This document shows, piece after piece, positions 1 through 16,748 of a DNA stretch of 64,000 nucleotides (its first letter is position 1; each line of letters starts with the position of its first letter). Origin of the DNA: Dimorphilus gyrociliatus (Eukaryota > Animalia > Annelida); assembly GCA_904063045.1 (NCBI GenBank), contig CAJFCJ010000003.1:1364001-1428000 (forward strand), in the 5' to 3' direction. Under the pieces are notes generated by a model, which ran no database searches, had not been told where the DNA came from, and was given only the letters and a program-made list of their open reading frames with translations. Position numbers and translations under genes: made by a program.

Positions 1-1240
1 GTGGTGGAAAAACCTATTGCGTTCAAGAAAAAAGATATCTTAGAAGTCGTATCAGGAGCCTGTAAAATTCTCAATAAAAAAAGAATGTCATCGGTAAAAC
101 TCATGGAATAGACTAGCCAACATTAATTTATACAAAATTTAACAAAATCGTAGACCCTTTGTCTATCCAAGAGTTTTATCAGGGAAAAGAAAAAAGTCTT
201 TATACAGATAAAATATTTTTAGAAGGTATTGTCAAGAATGAACCTTCTATTGGTGCCGTTTATGAACTATATTTTAGAAATCTTGAGTTTCCTACTGACA
301 GGAATAAGTTTGTGCGAGTAACTTTATCCAGACCTTTTGCACCAGTTTATGGCTTGGGATACGCTCCAATTAATATTAATAATAAACTGCTTTTGGTAAT
401 TTTACCACTATCCTATGAACGATTGGATAAATTTAAATCTTTTTTGGATCGTTTCCAAATGCTTGCTCTTGAAGATACAAAATTAGCGTTCACACTAGTC
501 TATTTCGGAGAGAAAGGTAGCTTGGAGGCAAAATCTATGCTAAATAAGCTAAGGCAAAATCAGATCACAGCTAAATTTATCCACTTGAAAGAAACATTTT
601 CTAGAGGGAGAGGATTACAAGCTGGTGTAGACGATTGGCAAAATGAAGATGTTATATTATTCTTTTGTGATGTTGATGTAATTTTTAATGCTGAGTTCTT
701 ACAACGCTGCAGACTTAATGTTGAAAAGGGAAAACGTGTTTATTATCCCATGGTATTCTCGCTCTATAATCCTAAAGTAGTATACACTATGCACGGTTAT
801 CATATCCCTAAGGAAGATAAACAGTTGGTTATTTCTAAAGATACTGGTTTTTGGAGGGATTTTGGATATGGAATGACGTGTCAGTATAAATCAGATTTCG
901 AGAGTATTAGGGGTTTGTATTTCAGCTATATAGTAAACTATTTAATAACCAGTATAAATTTACAGGATTTGACCAAAAAGTATCCGGTTGGGGAAAAGAA
1001 GACGTATTGTTATTTAAAAAGTACGTTAAGTCTTCCTATGTTGTTTTGAGATCTCCTGATCAGGGAATTTTTCACCTTTGGCATCCAAAAGAATGCGACG
1101 GAAATCTTCCAATTGACCAATATAGATCATGCCTAAGTTCACGAGCTTTGAACGAAGCTTCGCACAGGCAACTAGGCATGTTAGCCTTCAAGGACGAGAT
1201 CAAAGTTCGTGAAAAATTGAAAGAGAATTCGAAGAGCTAA
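1..1240 (+). CDS. CSGALNACT: Chondroitin sulfate N-acetylgalactosaminyltransferase, 3' part (runs off the window at the 5' end); introns 94-182 and 913-965
   Basis: Motifs FSRGRGL, LFFCDVDV, TGFWRDFGYGMTCQYKSDF, GWGKEDV, FHLWHPKEC and NEASHRQLGML match the CSGALNACT1/2 C-terminal half. GT-AG introns join the two ORF-track pieces in frame. Confidence 0.9.
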
Positions 1241-1617
1241 TACGCAAATCTGCAGGGTTTAATTTTTTATGATTATCTATTTTTCACATCCAAGTATTTC
1301 AAACTGATCACAGACTTTTCTAGCCATTTTATAAAACTTTTTCAATAAAAATTTTTGGTATCAAAGAGGAAAATTGCTGCAAACTCTATTTCCGATATTT
1401 AGTTTTCATCAAAACTTCCTTTGCAATCTTTTCGGACAAATGCTTCTCATTAAATAATTAAATAATTTACTTTAATTACATCAATCAAGTATATTTCGAG
1501 AGTGGTATTAAATTATTTTACTGTCTAACTTGCGAAATATCTACCAACGAAACAAAAATGTTAAAATTCCACTTAAGGATTACTTTCATCCGGTCCATAA
1601 TAAATAATTAATATAAT

Positions 1618-4351
1618 TTAGGCTAAGAGCGTTGCGAGAGTATCTAAAAATTTAGACCGATCTTCGGAACGAATGAGCACCACTGAAATATAAACCGGTG
1701 TAATATGTAATTTAAATTTTAATTTAAAAAACACTTACTATTCCTGTCAAACAACTTATTCAGAGGTTCAAATCCAATTACTTTTGATGCTTGATCGAAA
1801 GCAGAATGGATAACACTAGATTTTTTTAGTGGAATTGGTTTCTATATTGATAAGGAATGAAATTTAAGACTTACTTTTTACAAGATGTGTCATCATATGG
1901 TGGAATTCCGCAATAGTAATCTCCACTATTTAAGCAAGGAACACGCAGTATAAGGGGTAATTGACGAAATCTCTTATTCCGTGACTGAAAACTGTCTTGT
2001 TTACTAAATACTATTTTAAATTATTACATTATTGCTCACGGGTAATCCTCTAACATAGATTTCCAGAGTGTATCTCGCTAAACAAGATATAGTCACAGGA
2101 AGTTGAAAGAGAACGATATGTTTGTCATCTTGCGGTAGAGATACATAAAGGAAAGACGACGTGCCGCAAACTAAAGCTTTGCTAATGAAGGATCTCACAG
2201 TTTCCATTATAATTGAGTGCAATTCTATTCCCTGAGGTACTGCCTCTTTTATTAAGTTTGTTGATTTCCTGCAAAGTCATAGATCCAATTAATTAGCTGT
2301 ATTGTAAAATTGACAAATTCATTTTCTAAAACTGACAGTGTCAGGAAATCAAGTAAATTTCTGGCGTTGTTTGCTGCGTAGAACGAATGAGCTAAAGTTT
2401 CATCTGTTTCCTCACTATTGACTTTCTGGAAAAGTGGTGCAGAAATAAACATGTAGTATCAATATATTTTCACTGTTTAAATAAAATATTACCAAATCTC
2501 TATATAAAGAGCCATTTATAAGATAATAAAAATCTAGAACAGAGAATTTTCCATGCATTTTGAAACTAGCCAAAAAGGATGGCAAAAATAAATCCGATTC
2601 TTCAAGTCTACAGTTATTGCATGATTAAGTATTCGTTGATTCAATAAAACTAAAAGATTATATCCTTACTGATATCTATTCAGTTGAACTCTAAATTCAT
2701 TTTCAAAATTTTCCTTGGCATTTAGATCCATGGCAACAAAAGACTTTTGGCATTGAGAAACGGGTAAACTATAAATAAGAATGGTGGATAAAGTAATATA
2801 CTTGAACACTACATTCCATCAAAACTTACCCTAAATCTGCTAGAAACCCATTTAACTTATTTCTGCCATCATGATTATAAAGACAAAAGGCTGCAGCCAC
2901 TGTTGAAGAATTATACATAGAATCATAAACATTCCAATGTCTTAATAAAGGAAGAATTAATTCATTAGAGAATGATATGCTCAGATTTGGTTCAGTTTCT
3001 TCGCATTCTCTGTAAAAAAAAAACAAGTTTATTCACTTCAAACAAGAAAATACTAATAAAAATTTGAAGCGAACCTATTTAAACGACCAACATGACCTTT
3101 AAGATAAGCGATGCCCTCCATATAGGAATCACGATCAATTTTACTCTCAAGATACTGCGAGTTTAGTCCAATAAGAGCCAGCCTAAGTTATTTTTAAGAT
3201 GTATAAATGATATAAGAGATTGGAAAAATTATCTTACCAAAGAATCTCGTTGCTTTCTTTTGACAGTTTAATTGCCAATTCGCATATTAACAAGGCAACC
3301 TTGAAGATATATCTTGTATTAACTTATTAAGATATTATTTAAAAGAGATTACCGAAGTTCCAAAAAAAGAAAATTCATCGTAATCCATTAAAATTTGATC
3401 TCGCTTCGCTCTCCACTCTTTTTTTCTTATATTCTTTTCCAAATGACTCTCCATTCGACTTCGCTTAGATGCTTTTTCACCCATATTGGATCCCTAATAT
3501 TGTTATTTTTGTCTTTCATGACTTTGAATGTTTTTTTTCATACAAATAAATAAAACGTACCTTTCTCTTCTCTCCAGCTTTTGCTGAATTATCATAATCA
3601 TTTTCGTCGTCGTTATCTTCTTCGAGACCTTCGTCCAATTCGTCGTTACTATCCTTTTCCTCATCGCTTTCAGTCTCAAAGACTTCTTGATAAGTTGGGA
3701 TTTCACCAACGTCTTTATGTTTGCAGACGATTTTAACTTGTTTTGCATTATATGCATTGTTAATATTTATAGGCCTATGGCTGATGACAATTAAAACTTG
3801 TCGTTAAAGTGTTATATACAATATACAAATATCCTAAAAACCTATCAATAATCCAAAATTCAACGGTATCATTCATAACAGTGGAGAGTACATCAAAATC
3901 GGCACTATGGTTTATGCATAAAATTATTGCAGATTCCTGAATATCATAAAAATAATAATAAATATTAATAAACATTTCTTTAAAAGGTATATTAATTTGC
4001 TGACTTCATTTTCAAATTTCTCATTATAGTACACTTCAAACTCATGTCTATTCGCTACTGGGTATACAGAGAAAGGTATTTGATCAATAGTCAAAAGAGT
4101 CTGTTTAAATACAATAATACAATATAAAATTCTTGTTTATTAGCTCTTCAATAGTTATTTTAAACTTACTTTTAAAATAGTAGTTGCACATAGAGCATCA
4201 ACGTCGATTGCAGTAACTATTATTAACCCGCGCTCTCTTGCCTATAATAGACTTATTATCACTCAGCAAAAAATGAAAGTATCAATGTTAAAGTTATACC
4301 TTTTTTAGAATATCGCTGTAGAACTGATTTACGATTTCATGGACCAACATA
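1618..4351 (-). CDS. CDC45: DNA replication initiation factor CDC45, about 13 exons
   Basis: Spliced translation gives MLVHEIVNQFY..DVDALCA, DSHRP, an acidic insert, LRHWNVYDSM..FLADLGLP, GIPP and C-terminal SEDRSKFLDTLATLLA*. All introns are GT-AG and phase-consistent. Confidence 0.95.
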
Positions 4352-4422
4352 ATTGTGTAGGTTAATGCTGATAATTGAATTTCATTTATTTTCGGAGAAT
4401 TCTCTTTCTTTGCTGAATTCTA

Positions 4423-4430
4423 GCGCGAAA
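4423..4430 (-). promoter_or_regulatory. E2F-type site (TTTCGCGC) about 70 nt upstream of the CDC45 ATG, in the CDC45/INPP5F divergent promoter
   Basis: GCGCGAAA at 4423-4430. CDC45 is a canonical E2F target. A YY1-like GCCATTTT (4531-4538) and a GGGATTTGCAG resembling the ZNF143/SBS-associated GGGAnnTGTAGT motif (4586-4596) lie in the same 310-nt gap. Confidence 0.5.
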
Positions 4431-4661
4431 TTCAATTTTGAGAGAAAGTTCACCAGTTAAAACGTACGATTATATTACACGTAACAAACGACGATTTGAA
4501 AATGGCTGAAGCAATTGAATAGTCGTGTGCGCCATTTTGGAAAAACTAACTTGTCGTTTCGTTGTTTAACAAAGAAAGGCAGTGTGGGATTTGCAGAAAA
4601 TGGAGTAGGCTAGTCGAAATTGAGCAAAGAGAATAGTATTTTTTAAGATATTCCTGATATC

Positions 4662-7600
4662 ATGGAATTGTTGTGTAGTGACAAGTACTACATTCTTCGT
4701 CAAAATGATAGATCTTTATGGTGTAGTCGTAGCACTGGTAGACTAGAAGCTGTTTTAGGTGATTAGTATATTAAAAATTTCTTCAGCTGTTCGTTTTGGT
4801 ATACATTAGTTTAAAAAAGTTCGATTTTATTACTTCAGGAACTGATTTACCTGCTAATACAAATCCAGATGATGTAACGTGTCTAGGAAAAGTGCAAGGC
4901 GTTATCGGTAAAATTAAACTTCTTCCAGAGTGTGATTGGAAACTTATTTTAATACTCAAGTTGAAAAATATTGGCATTATTCACTCCGATATTGACGTAT
5001 CTAGAATAGAGAAAGTCCACTTATTGTCGTTAGGTGATGAGCCACCGGGTGAATTCGAAAGAGAGGTTCAAAAATTACTTAATTAATTATAATCAGAAAC
5101 TATAATCATTAAATTATTATACAGGCTTGCGAAAAGCATCCAGCAGGTCATTTAAACAAGCAGAAATCTAACAATTTTAAATCATTAAATAAGATAAAAA
5201 CATTTGCTGATAATCTCACAGCATCGTCAAGAAAGGTTTGTTACGAATATAAATTTATATTTTTCTTATTTATAATCACCGCAATGTACCTATTGCCAAC
5301 TGTTAAATGAATAAAATTTACAGTTCCAGGAACAATTAACACAGCTGAGTACTAAAGTAACGGTTGAAACGTTACAGGTTATTATAAATGTTGTAGATTA
5401 TAAAAAATATGAACAAATATTATGTTCACATTTCTTTTATATTTGTATAGGTAATTGTATAGATAAATCCTTTAGATTTAGGAAGGCTTTGGATTCTATT
5501 GTTTTTTAAACTCATCTCATGAGAATTAACATTAATAGTTTTAATAAATATATATATATATATATATATTTATATAAAAGAATAAACCTAGTTAACAGCA
5601 TTGCATCTATTTCCTCTATTATCGGTGTCAATTTTTTACGGTGATATCGTTATTGGGGCCTCCTCCCCCTACTCTACATTTATTGCTTCTAAATGCCTGT
5701 ACAAATAATATTGTTATTTACAGTGTGCTTCTACTAAAATATCCATAGTATTTAGTTCTAATTTAACATCTCATAGATTATGAAACAAAACTCAGTGCAT
5801 AATCAGAAGATGTAACCTAAATTCTAAGTTGATAAAATTCTATACACTGTAAATAATTTATATTGAAATACTGTGACAAAACTAATAATCGTGCAAAAAA
5901 AAGGCGACTAATCTCCCTCTCCCCCCTTCAATTGATAATTGTTTCGTTTATTCATTTATACGAAGTAATTTAAAATTTTCCCCTTCTTAAATTTATAGAG
6001 AGAAAGAGTTAAAGAAAAAGATAAATTGGAGAAAAGACATAAAGACGTATGTATTAATTATTAAATATCCAAGAAAAGTTGAGAGCCTATTTTTTGATCA
6101 TTCCTCAGGAACTGCTAAAATTATTTAATGAATCACAATCGTTTTACATTAGTAATGGGGATTTAACAAATACTCTGCAAAGACAACAGACGAACAAAGA
6201 AGGAAGTTATCTATGGAATATATCCGATCAAAGATTCATTTGGAATGCTCATATGATGAACGATTTAGTTGAAAAAAGCCTTGTAAACTTTGCAACATTT
6301 TAAAATAACTTAACCTAATATTTATGATTTTGTGGCTTATAGATTGATTATGATATTGTTATGCCATGGCTAATTCCTGTAATACAGGGATTCGTTCAAA
6401 TAGAGAGAATCTCGGTGCAACAGGAAGATCCGAGCGACAAATCCAAAGAGATAGAAGTGGTAATAATCTCTAGGCGTAGTAGATATCGAGCAGGTATGTG
6501 TTTTTTTTATTATCAAATTTGCTGAATTCTTTTAGTTAGTATACCGTATAGTAGATTTCATTAAATGAGATATTTAATATTATTAAAAAGGAACAAGATA
6601 CAGGAGACGAGGGGTAGACGGAGAGGGAAATTGCGCTAATTATGTTGAAACTGAGCAGGTAGAATATGAAATTATATATTTTATTCATTTATTTGATCAA
6701 TAAGTCTATGTGAAATATATTTTTTGTATTGACTTAGATCGTGAAACACGGCGATCATATTCTATCTTTTGCCATTATACGAGGATCAGTACCTGTCTTC
6801 TGGACTCAAAATGGAGTGAAATATCGTCCACCACCAAAAATTCTAGAGAGTACGATAATTTAATTGTGGACTTATTAAATTCTTTTAACAATCGACTTTC
6901 AATAAATTCATAGAGGATGAAGAAAACGAATCAGCATTTAAAGCCCATATAGAATCCCAAAAGAAGATATATGACAAACTAATAGCCATAAGTCTTATAG
7001 AACAAAGCGGAAGAGAGAAAGTACTACATGACGAATTTTTAAAGCAAATTACAAAGTTTAATGACGAAAGTTTAGACTTTATAGCATTTGATTTTCATGA
7101 ATACTGGTAAAAATTTTAACTAGATTATTAATATTACTTGTAAATTTTTATCTAAAGACCATATTTCTTTTTTATTGATCTTTCGCAGTAGAGGAATGCA
7201 TTTTGAAAACGTATCGATTTTAACAGAAAATATTAAGCAACTAACTAAAGATTTACAATTCTTTTGGTAAATATTTAACTACTTATTTCAATGCATTAAA
7301 AAATATGATTATCAAATAGGAAAAACAATAAAAAATCGCTCAGTAAGCAGAAAGGAATATTTAGAGTTAATTGCGTTGACTGTCTCGATAGGACAAATGT
7401 AGTTCAGAGTTGTTTGGCCAAAATTATACTGGAAGTTCAAGTAAACTTTATAAATTATTTATTAATTATAACCAAGTTTCCCGCATTTAATCGACTTTAT
7501 CTACTACTCAGTGTAGAAAAATTTTAGTTCTACAACCAGAAGAGCAATTAACAGCCAACTTTAAATCGAAGTTTCAACAAATGTGGGCTAACAATGGTGA

Positions 7601-9456
7601 CGCAATTAGTAGGCAATATGCTGGTACTGCCGCTTTAAAGGTTGAATATTGTAATTTTACTATTACTATTTTCTTACTCTATTAAATATTGTTTAAATTT
7701 TAGGGAGATTATACAAGAACAGGCGAAAGGAGATTTGCAGGAGCATTTAAAGACGGCGTAAATAGCGCAAATAGGTTAGTATTTTCATTGAATTTTTCTC
7801 TTATTAGTTATATAATATATTTATATAATTAAATGTCTTCTTAGATATTATCTCAGTCAATTTAAAGATCTCAGTAGACAAGTTATGATGGACTTAATGT
7901 TAGGAAATATTAAAGCTGATGCTATGTGGTATGTATACTATATACTGTATTTATCATTCTGTCTGACTTTTGGGCTTTAGTATAATTAAATTAATATAGA
8001 ATAAATAAATTTATAATGCTATTTGTTGTTCTATATTCCATTATTAATGATAGTATTATTTTCGTAATTTATTTAGAAAAGATCATTTCTGTTATAAGTA
8101 TTATTTTCTAACAGCTTATAATTATGCTTGTTTCTTTTTAAGCAATTCTACTGCTGATTTATTGGATAAACAGGAAGATGCTGAAAGAGAGGCTGAAAAT
8201 TTACGAAGTTTTATAGGTCATTGCACCAAAATGTTCATTTGCGAACCAGAAAGCATTGAAGGAGGCTGGGGATTTATAGATGTTGATCCTGGGTAATTTA
8301 CTTATTCCATAATTTCAGCATTAATGAATTAAATATTATATATATATGCTTTATTCATTACTTAGAACGGGTGATCCTCAACAAGATGACATGGACGTGG
8401 TCATTCTGCTCTCTCAGCGTTCAATTTTCGTTGTTCGATACGATGATAGAACCGATAACATTTCAAAGTCTCAAGAAATTTTTATAGAGGATTTGCTCAA
8501 GGTTGAAGTTGGTTAGTGAAGTCTGAATAATATTTGTAAAGATGATATACTATCATATTTATTCTTTATAAACAATAGGAACTCTGAAAATTCGTTCAAG
8601 TCCGATCGTTATGAGATTATTTTATACGAGCGGAGATGTTGAATATTTTTATACCCTCCGTCCTGCAAAAGTACGATTATTTAACAATATCCATTTAGTA
8701 ATTGACACAGACGAAAAAGCACTAGAGGCCCTAAAAGTTGTTACTGAATGCTTACAAGCCGCTAGATCTAGATTTAAACATGACATTCCAATCTTGGAAA
8801 ATAGGAGAATTGAAAGAAAACGCAGTCCTCCACATTATCTAAAATGTAGAGATCATACAAGTGAAAAAAATTTGTCCCTTGTTGAATGTCCAATGTCGAG
8901 AGATCCTTCATACAATGACTTAAATAAGAGAATGAATGCCATTGAAGAGCAATCTGTAAGTTATCAAATGAATGAATCTGAAGATTGCTCTGTCCAAATA
9001 TCTTTGGGTCCAATTTCAAGCTCAACTGATAGATATACTTCCAATCCTGAATTGTCAAGAAATGCAGGTTTATTAACTGCTCAATCTTGTCATCCAAATT
9101 TAGATAAAAAAAAGTCTGTGTCTACAGATAATTTAAAAAATGAAAATACTGAAGATGATAATAAAACAACTGAGAGTGAAACTCAAGAAAGCTCAGCTAA
9201 CAGCTGTGAGAATAACAAGAGAAAAAATTTGAATTCCCCGCTAATTAAGGTGTCTCATAGCGAGAGTTCATTAAAAAGCCATACAATACAGACAAACGAA
9301 GCAACTAAATCTATATTACCATTCAAAAAATTAGGATTATCTTTTACCAATAACAAAGAGAATAGACAACAAATTTTAAGAGATATGGCAAAAAGTAAAG
9401 TTGAAAAGTCTCAAGAGAATTACAAAGAGCTAAATTGCAAAGTATTATTGCTGTAA
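4662..9456 (+). CDS. INPP5F: Phosphatidylinositide phosphatase SAC2 (Sac domain plus hSac2 domain), about 17 exons
   Basis: N-terminus [23 protein letters not shown] resembles INPP5F. Conserved motifs [27 protein letters not shown], catalytic [15 protein letters not shown] and [21 protein letters not shown] are present. The last exon is ORF 8611-9456. Confidence 0.93.
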
Positions 9457-10981
9457 ATTTGACACCTATTGCTTATTTTGTAATTGATAAGAGCCTGTTA
9501 TATATACGAGCTATATAATAATATTGTTAATTATGAATTATGCCATTTCAAATATTATATATTCATATCTTTATATTACATATCTATTTCTTTCATAAAA
9601 ATTTATTTTTATTTTAAGCTACATATTTCAATTTTCATAGTAGCTTGTTAACTGAAACAATGAATCTTAATGATAAAATAATCTACTTTTTCAATTCGTT
9701 ATAATGAGAGAAATTGACTATGTACCACATATTTTTTGTTGCAAATAAACAATTGAAAATGTGCTTATTCTAAGATTCTTAATTCTTTTTTGTATACTTT
9801 AACAATAGATATGTAAACCTAGTAGATATGTAAAAAAAATAGAATTAGAGCAAGAGAGAGAGAGAAGGGGGCGTTGTTTCTGTTTTATCTATCTATTATT
9901 ATCCAGCTATTCCAATCAGCATTTGAAAAAAACATCTATTAACGTACTTAGTATTGGATAGATAGAAAGGAAGTTTTATTACTTGAATACATTTTAGAAA
10001 AATTAAGAAAAAGATGCTTTTTTTAAAATGTATTTTAGTAATGAAACATTCTACATTATGCTTCTTTTCTTTTTTGTTAAAGAAACAATTAATTCGAATT
10101 AATTATTAATACTTTGTATACATAGATAATTGCCGATATTAATGAGACAAAGAATAGTACTTGGAATGATAAAAATAGGCAATTTAACACGAACAAATAA
10201 ACCTTCAATTTAGAGATTTATTACAGGGAATTGTTTACAATGTACAGATTATAATAAATATTTGCTGTTATACAATTTAGCAATAAGCTAAAAGAGAAAT
10301 TTCACTTCAAATACTGCTGAAGGTAGCTTTTAGCAATTATTTCGTACATTTTGCTTCTTTATGGAACATAAAACAGTCCGGTTAATGAATCAGCTAAATT
10401 CAACTTTTTCAAACCGCCCAGAACTAGTATTACTCTATTCTTTCATAAAACTAATAATTGAGTCATCATTCCAGTCAGAACTTCTATGAGAAATGATTAA
10501 TTTGGCAAATTCATCAGTTTTTCCGTTGAATAATCACAATTTCTCAACAATAAAGGACACATTAGACTGAAATTGCATACTTGGCTAGCTATGTATTATT
10601 TCTTTTTTTCCTAGTATATTTGAGGGCCTACACTGTTAAATTGAAATAAGTTGTATTGACCTATTTGAGAAGAGATCTAACAAAAACCTTTTAATCCTCT
10701 TTAAATATTCCGTTTTCTAAATTTAAAAATCAATCTGATAGCATCTATAATATTTTAATTATTTATATAAATGACTTTATTTGGAGTCGTATTAATTAGC
10801 TTTTGAAAATAAAAATAGGTTTAATCTCTTTTTTATTCTTTTATCATCCTCCTTTAATGTCCTTTCTCTCGTCCAAGTTTGAAACAGCTATCTTTACCTA
10901 ATATGATCAGCTGAACCTTTTTTCTTTTATTTCTTTAGTATAACTTTGATTTTATGTTACGTTTACCACATTCTTCTTGTT

Positions 10982-11538
10982 CTAAGACATGTAATGCAAC
11001 TTTTTTACAACTTCCTAAAAAACAGATAAAAGATCATTGTGAATAGATTATTGTCTTTTGTTAAACTTTTATTTAATACCTGTACTATTTGTTCTGGAAA
11101 TTCATCGGTATTCTCATCAACGCATGTAAGGCAGAATGTTTTTGTATAGAAGATACCACAATCCTGTAGATTACGCAATATGGAAGAATTCATAATGAAA
11201 CTTTTAAATAATATAGTTTACCGATGATTTGCAAACATTTTTATCACATCCAACACATTTAGCACCGATTACGACCATTTTTCTGCCTTCGGTAAACGGA
11301 TCTCTCATAATAAAAGAATCTTCTTTAAGACTACGAAATTAAAATATTGTACGAATATGGGGTTTCGGTTTGGAAAAACTTACTTTAGAGACTTACAAAA
11401 AGGTGGTTTCATTCCATAATAATCGTAAGGTGCTTGAAATGAGCACTTGTCACATTTAAATACCTCACGGATGAACTTTTCTTCATCTTTTTTCTTTTCT
11501 TCGACAGTCGGTTCATTTTTGAAAGTGGACTCTGCCAT
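10982..11538 (-). CDS. CDPF1: Cysteine-rich DPF motif domain-containing protein 1, 4 exons
   Basis: Spliced translation FKCDKC..YDYYG..PPF / EDSFIMRDPF..GAKCVGCDKNVC / CGIFYTKTFCLTC matches the C8orf82-unrelated CDPF1 family signature (DPF motif with Cys pairs). GT-AG introns. Confidence 0.85.
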
Positions 11539-11753
11539 GATTTTAGTAACACATTCGAACATAGAAGGCAATTATAGGTATTGACCAATTTTCATTGTAG
11601 AGCAACCCACTGCTCCCCCTATGGATTTCAAGAAAACAAGACTAAACAAGCCCCGGATGAAATTGCAACTCAATTCAGCAGTTTTCTCAAAATTCTTTAA
11701 AAGGTCGTCAGAGCAGTAGAATTTTCTCAGTTACGAGTTAGCAATTGCCAATA

Positions 11754-14371
<2,618 letters not shown>

Positions 14372-14546
14372 GTTTATTCTATATCCAAGAATACTTAATA
14401 GCTTGTTATATATGTATATTCTCATTGTATTTTGAAAATCTTGAGACTAGAACTGTGAGCTAAAAACTGTATAAAATTTATACTTTTTCCTTTTTTGAAA
14501 ATTTATCTAATATTTAAAAAAGAACTAGAAAAAACAAGAAGGGGAC

Positions 14547-14550
<4 letters not shown>

Positions 14551-14609
<59 letters not shown>
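14551..14609. repeat. (GA)n microsatellite in the NAMPT 3' region
   Basis: About 29 AG units read directly. Confidence 0.95.
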
Positions 14610-15186
14610 AAAGGTGTGAATGTTTACGCTTTTAATGAACTTAATATATCGAACTATTTAACTAAAATATTCTGTAATAATCAATATGTTAACGATTTTT
14701 GCCTCTATGATTGGAACCGATCTGACAGCCAATAAGAAAATTAAAAATTAAAAAATCCTTATCGTTACTTTTTAGAAAAGTAGCTAAATAATACTCAATT
14801 CATTTTCTCTTATAGGATATTATTAGAAACTCTCTTTAATCAAGCGTCAATTTAAATATTTCAACTAAACAGAATTTATAACTATAATTAGTTGATTTAT
14901 TAATATAGAAGGAGAAACAATCAAAAATCTTTCCATCTTGTTATCAATTATTACAAAAAAATGAAAAAACTTTTGTATTTATTTAGTAAAGGGTGGTAAA
15001 CTTTGAAATGTTTACTGAACTTAATAATAGTTTGTTAAACTGAACTGTGATTATGCAAGGAATAAATCGTTTCCTTTTATTCTTGTCGATATTTGTTATT
15101 TATCGTACAAGCTATTATCGTTTTTTTTCTTTTCTATATTTTCTATAATCTCATAAACGTGGACCATTCATTTTTCTCTTGTTTAT

Positions 15187-15191
<5 letters not shown>

Positions 15192-15233
<42 letters not shown>
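15192..15233. repeat. (AT)n microsatellite; similar tracts near 5550, 12210, 35211, 42610 and 52375
   Basis: About 20 TA units read directly. Confidence 0.95.
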
Positions 15234-15236
<3 letters not shown>

Positions 15237-15725
15237 AAAGAAAAGAATAAATATATTATTCATGTTTCCTTAATAATTATTTCAAATAATAACGATTTGT
15301 TCATAAACTTTACTGTAAATAATACAGTTTATTCTTTATAGACTGTATTATTATCGGAGTTAGAGGGCGTTACTTTACAACAGTGTAACTTTCTCTCTTT
15401 TCTTTTCGTGTATGCATTGAGAAATAATACGAATTGAAAATTGGTCTATGATGCTTTTTATATCGTTTAAAGATGAATATTTGTATAGTTTGTGTAAAAG
15501 AGTACTAATATCTATTCACGATGAATTGATTTATAACAAGTATCTATACTTAAATATTGATTTGGCTAACAATGTGCAAATGAAGACATGCACATTGAGC
15601 CTAGAATGTTTAATGTAGTGTACATTATGCACCAATAACTTCTTATTTTTATTGACATTTTAACCTAATTTGTTAATATATTTATACAAAATTAGACTAT
15701 AAATTTTCATATAGATATTTTTAAT

Positions 15726-16463
15726 TCAAAGTTCATCCCTTTCTTTAAGGGCCTTGGCTGCGTCGGGTGCGTATGTTGGCATTAATTCTTTAATTCTTGA
15801 TACGAAATCGGATTTTTCTGTACAGCCTTTGCATTGTTCTTCCCAATCCGATAAGATCTTCTTCAAATCCTTTACCTTTAGTTTCTTAAAGTTCACTTTA
15901 GTCAAATCAATTTGCTTTTCTAAAATGATAAAAATAAAATATGCAGTCTTTATTAAGGATAGTACTGAGAAGAAGATTACAAACCATATTTCAATTCACA
16001 AATTTGAGAGTCTTTTCTTGTGAGTTGCTGACAAATTTTTTCAGAGGGAACTCCCCATGTAACCCTTTTAGTAATTTCTCCAAGAATGCTTGTAGCTGAT
16101 TCTTCCAAGCCTCCTACGTAGTAGCACTATTGAATTTGATTATTGTAGTCAATAAATAGCATATTTCTTTAATACGTACAAAACGGTTTTCAGTTTTCTT
16201 TAAATTCTTACAAAATTTCATAAGTTCACTATGTACTTTCTTCTGATCCGCTTTATCTTCGCTTTTAAGAGAGGCTACAAACTTGTCGAGAACAGTTACA
16301 CACACTGAAAAGAAGAAACGACTACGTCAATTTCTATAGTTCATAATAAACGAGGGACACGTGTACTAAACTTACCTTCGCAATTCTCCTTTGTAACTTC
16401 TTTAACTGACATGACAGTCGGAACTAAATAAACTAGGAATAGAATATAATAAAATGAGTTCAT
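15726..16463 (-). CDS. MANF: Mesencephalic astrocyte-derived neurotrophic factor (MANF/ARMET), 4 exons; not in the ORF track as a whole
   Basis: Signal peptide [19 protein letters not shown], then [62 protein letters not shown], ending in the ER-retention signal RDEL*. Confidence 0.95.
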
Positions 16464-16748
16464 GTTTAACGTTGATGATGGCGTCAATTGAAAACTTGAA
16501 TCAAAAAATAATAATTTTCTCAGAGTTAACGAGCTGAGCAGACGAATATCACGCCGAAATATAAATGAACTGGTTTAGTGTTCGTGCTCTTTATATATAG
16601 AACACTCTGAGTAAGGAATAAGGTATTTTGTAAAACAGAATTATACCTCTTTCCGGTTCCCGTTTCTCTTTTGCTACATACATTCTCATCGTACTTTCTC
16701 AAATATTCCTTGTAAAATAGATCATTCTGAAAGTTTATCGTATCAAAA

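Noticed and set aside
1-1240. Initial call as chondroitin synthase CHSY1/3
   Set aside because: The EKP..LEV..LN, YT..FLEG and NEASH.QLGML motifs match CSGALNACT better.
1762-1775. GGTTCAAATCC, a tRNA B-box-like motif
   Set aside because: It lies antisense within a CDC45 coding exon, with no A-box or cloverleaf around it.
8774-9097. 107-aa antisense ORF, and similar shadow ORFs (19516, 20211, 33112, 48022, 51443, 54155, 57315, 61422, 62238)
   Set aside because: They are opposite-strand or alternate-frame shadows of real CDSs with no recognisable motifs, and most start at TTG.
15093-15341. Hydrophobic ORF containing YIYIYI
   Set aside because: It is a product of the (AT)n microsatellite and T-rich UTR sequence.
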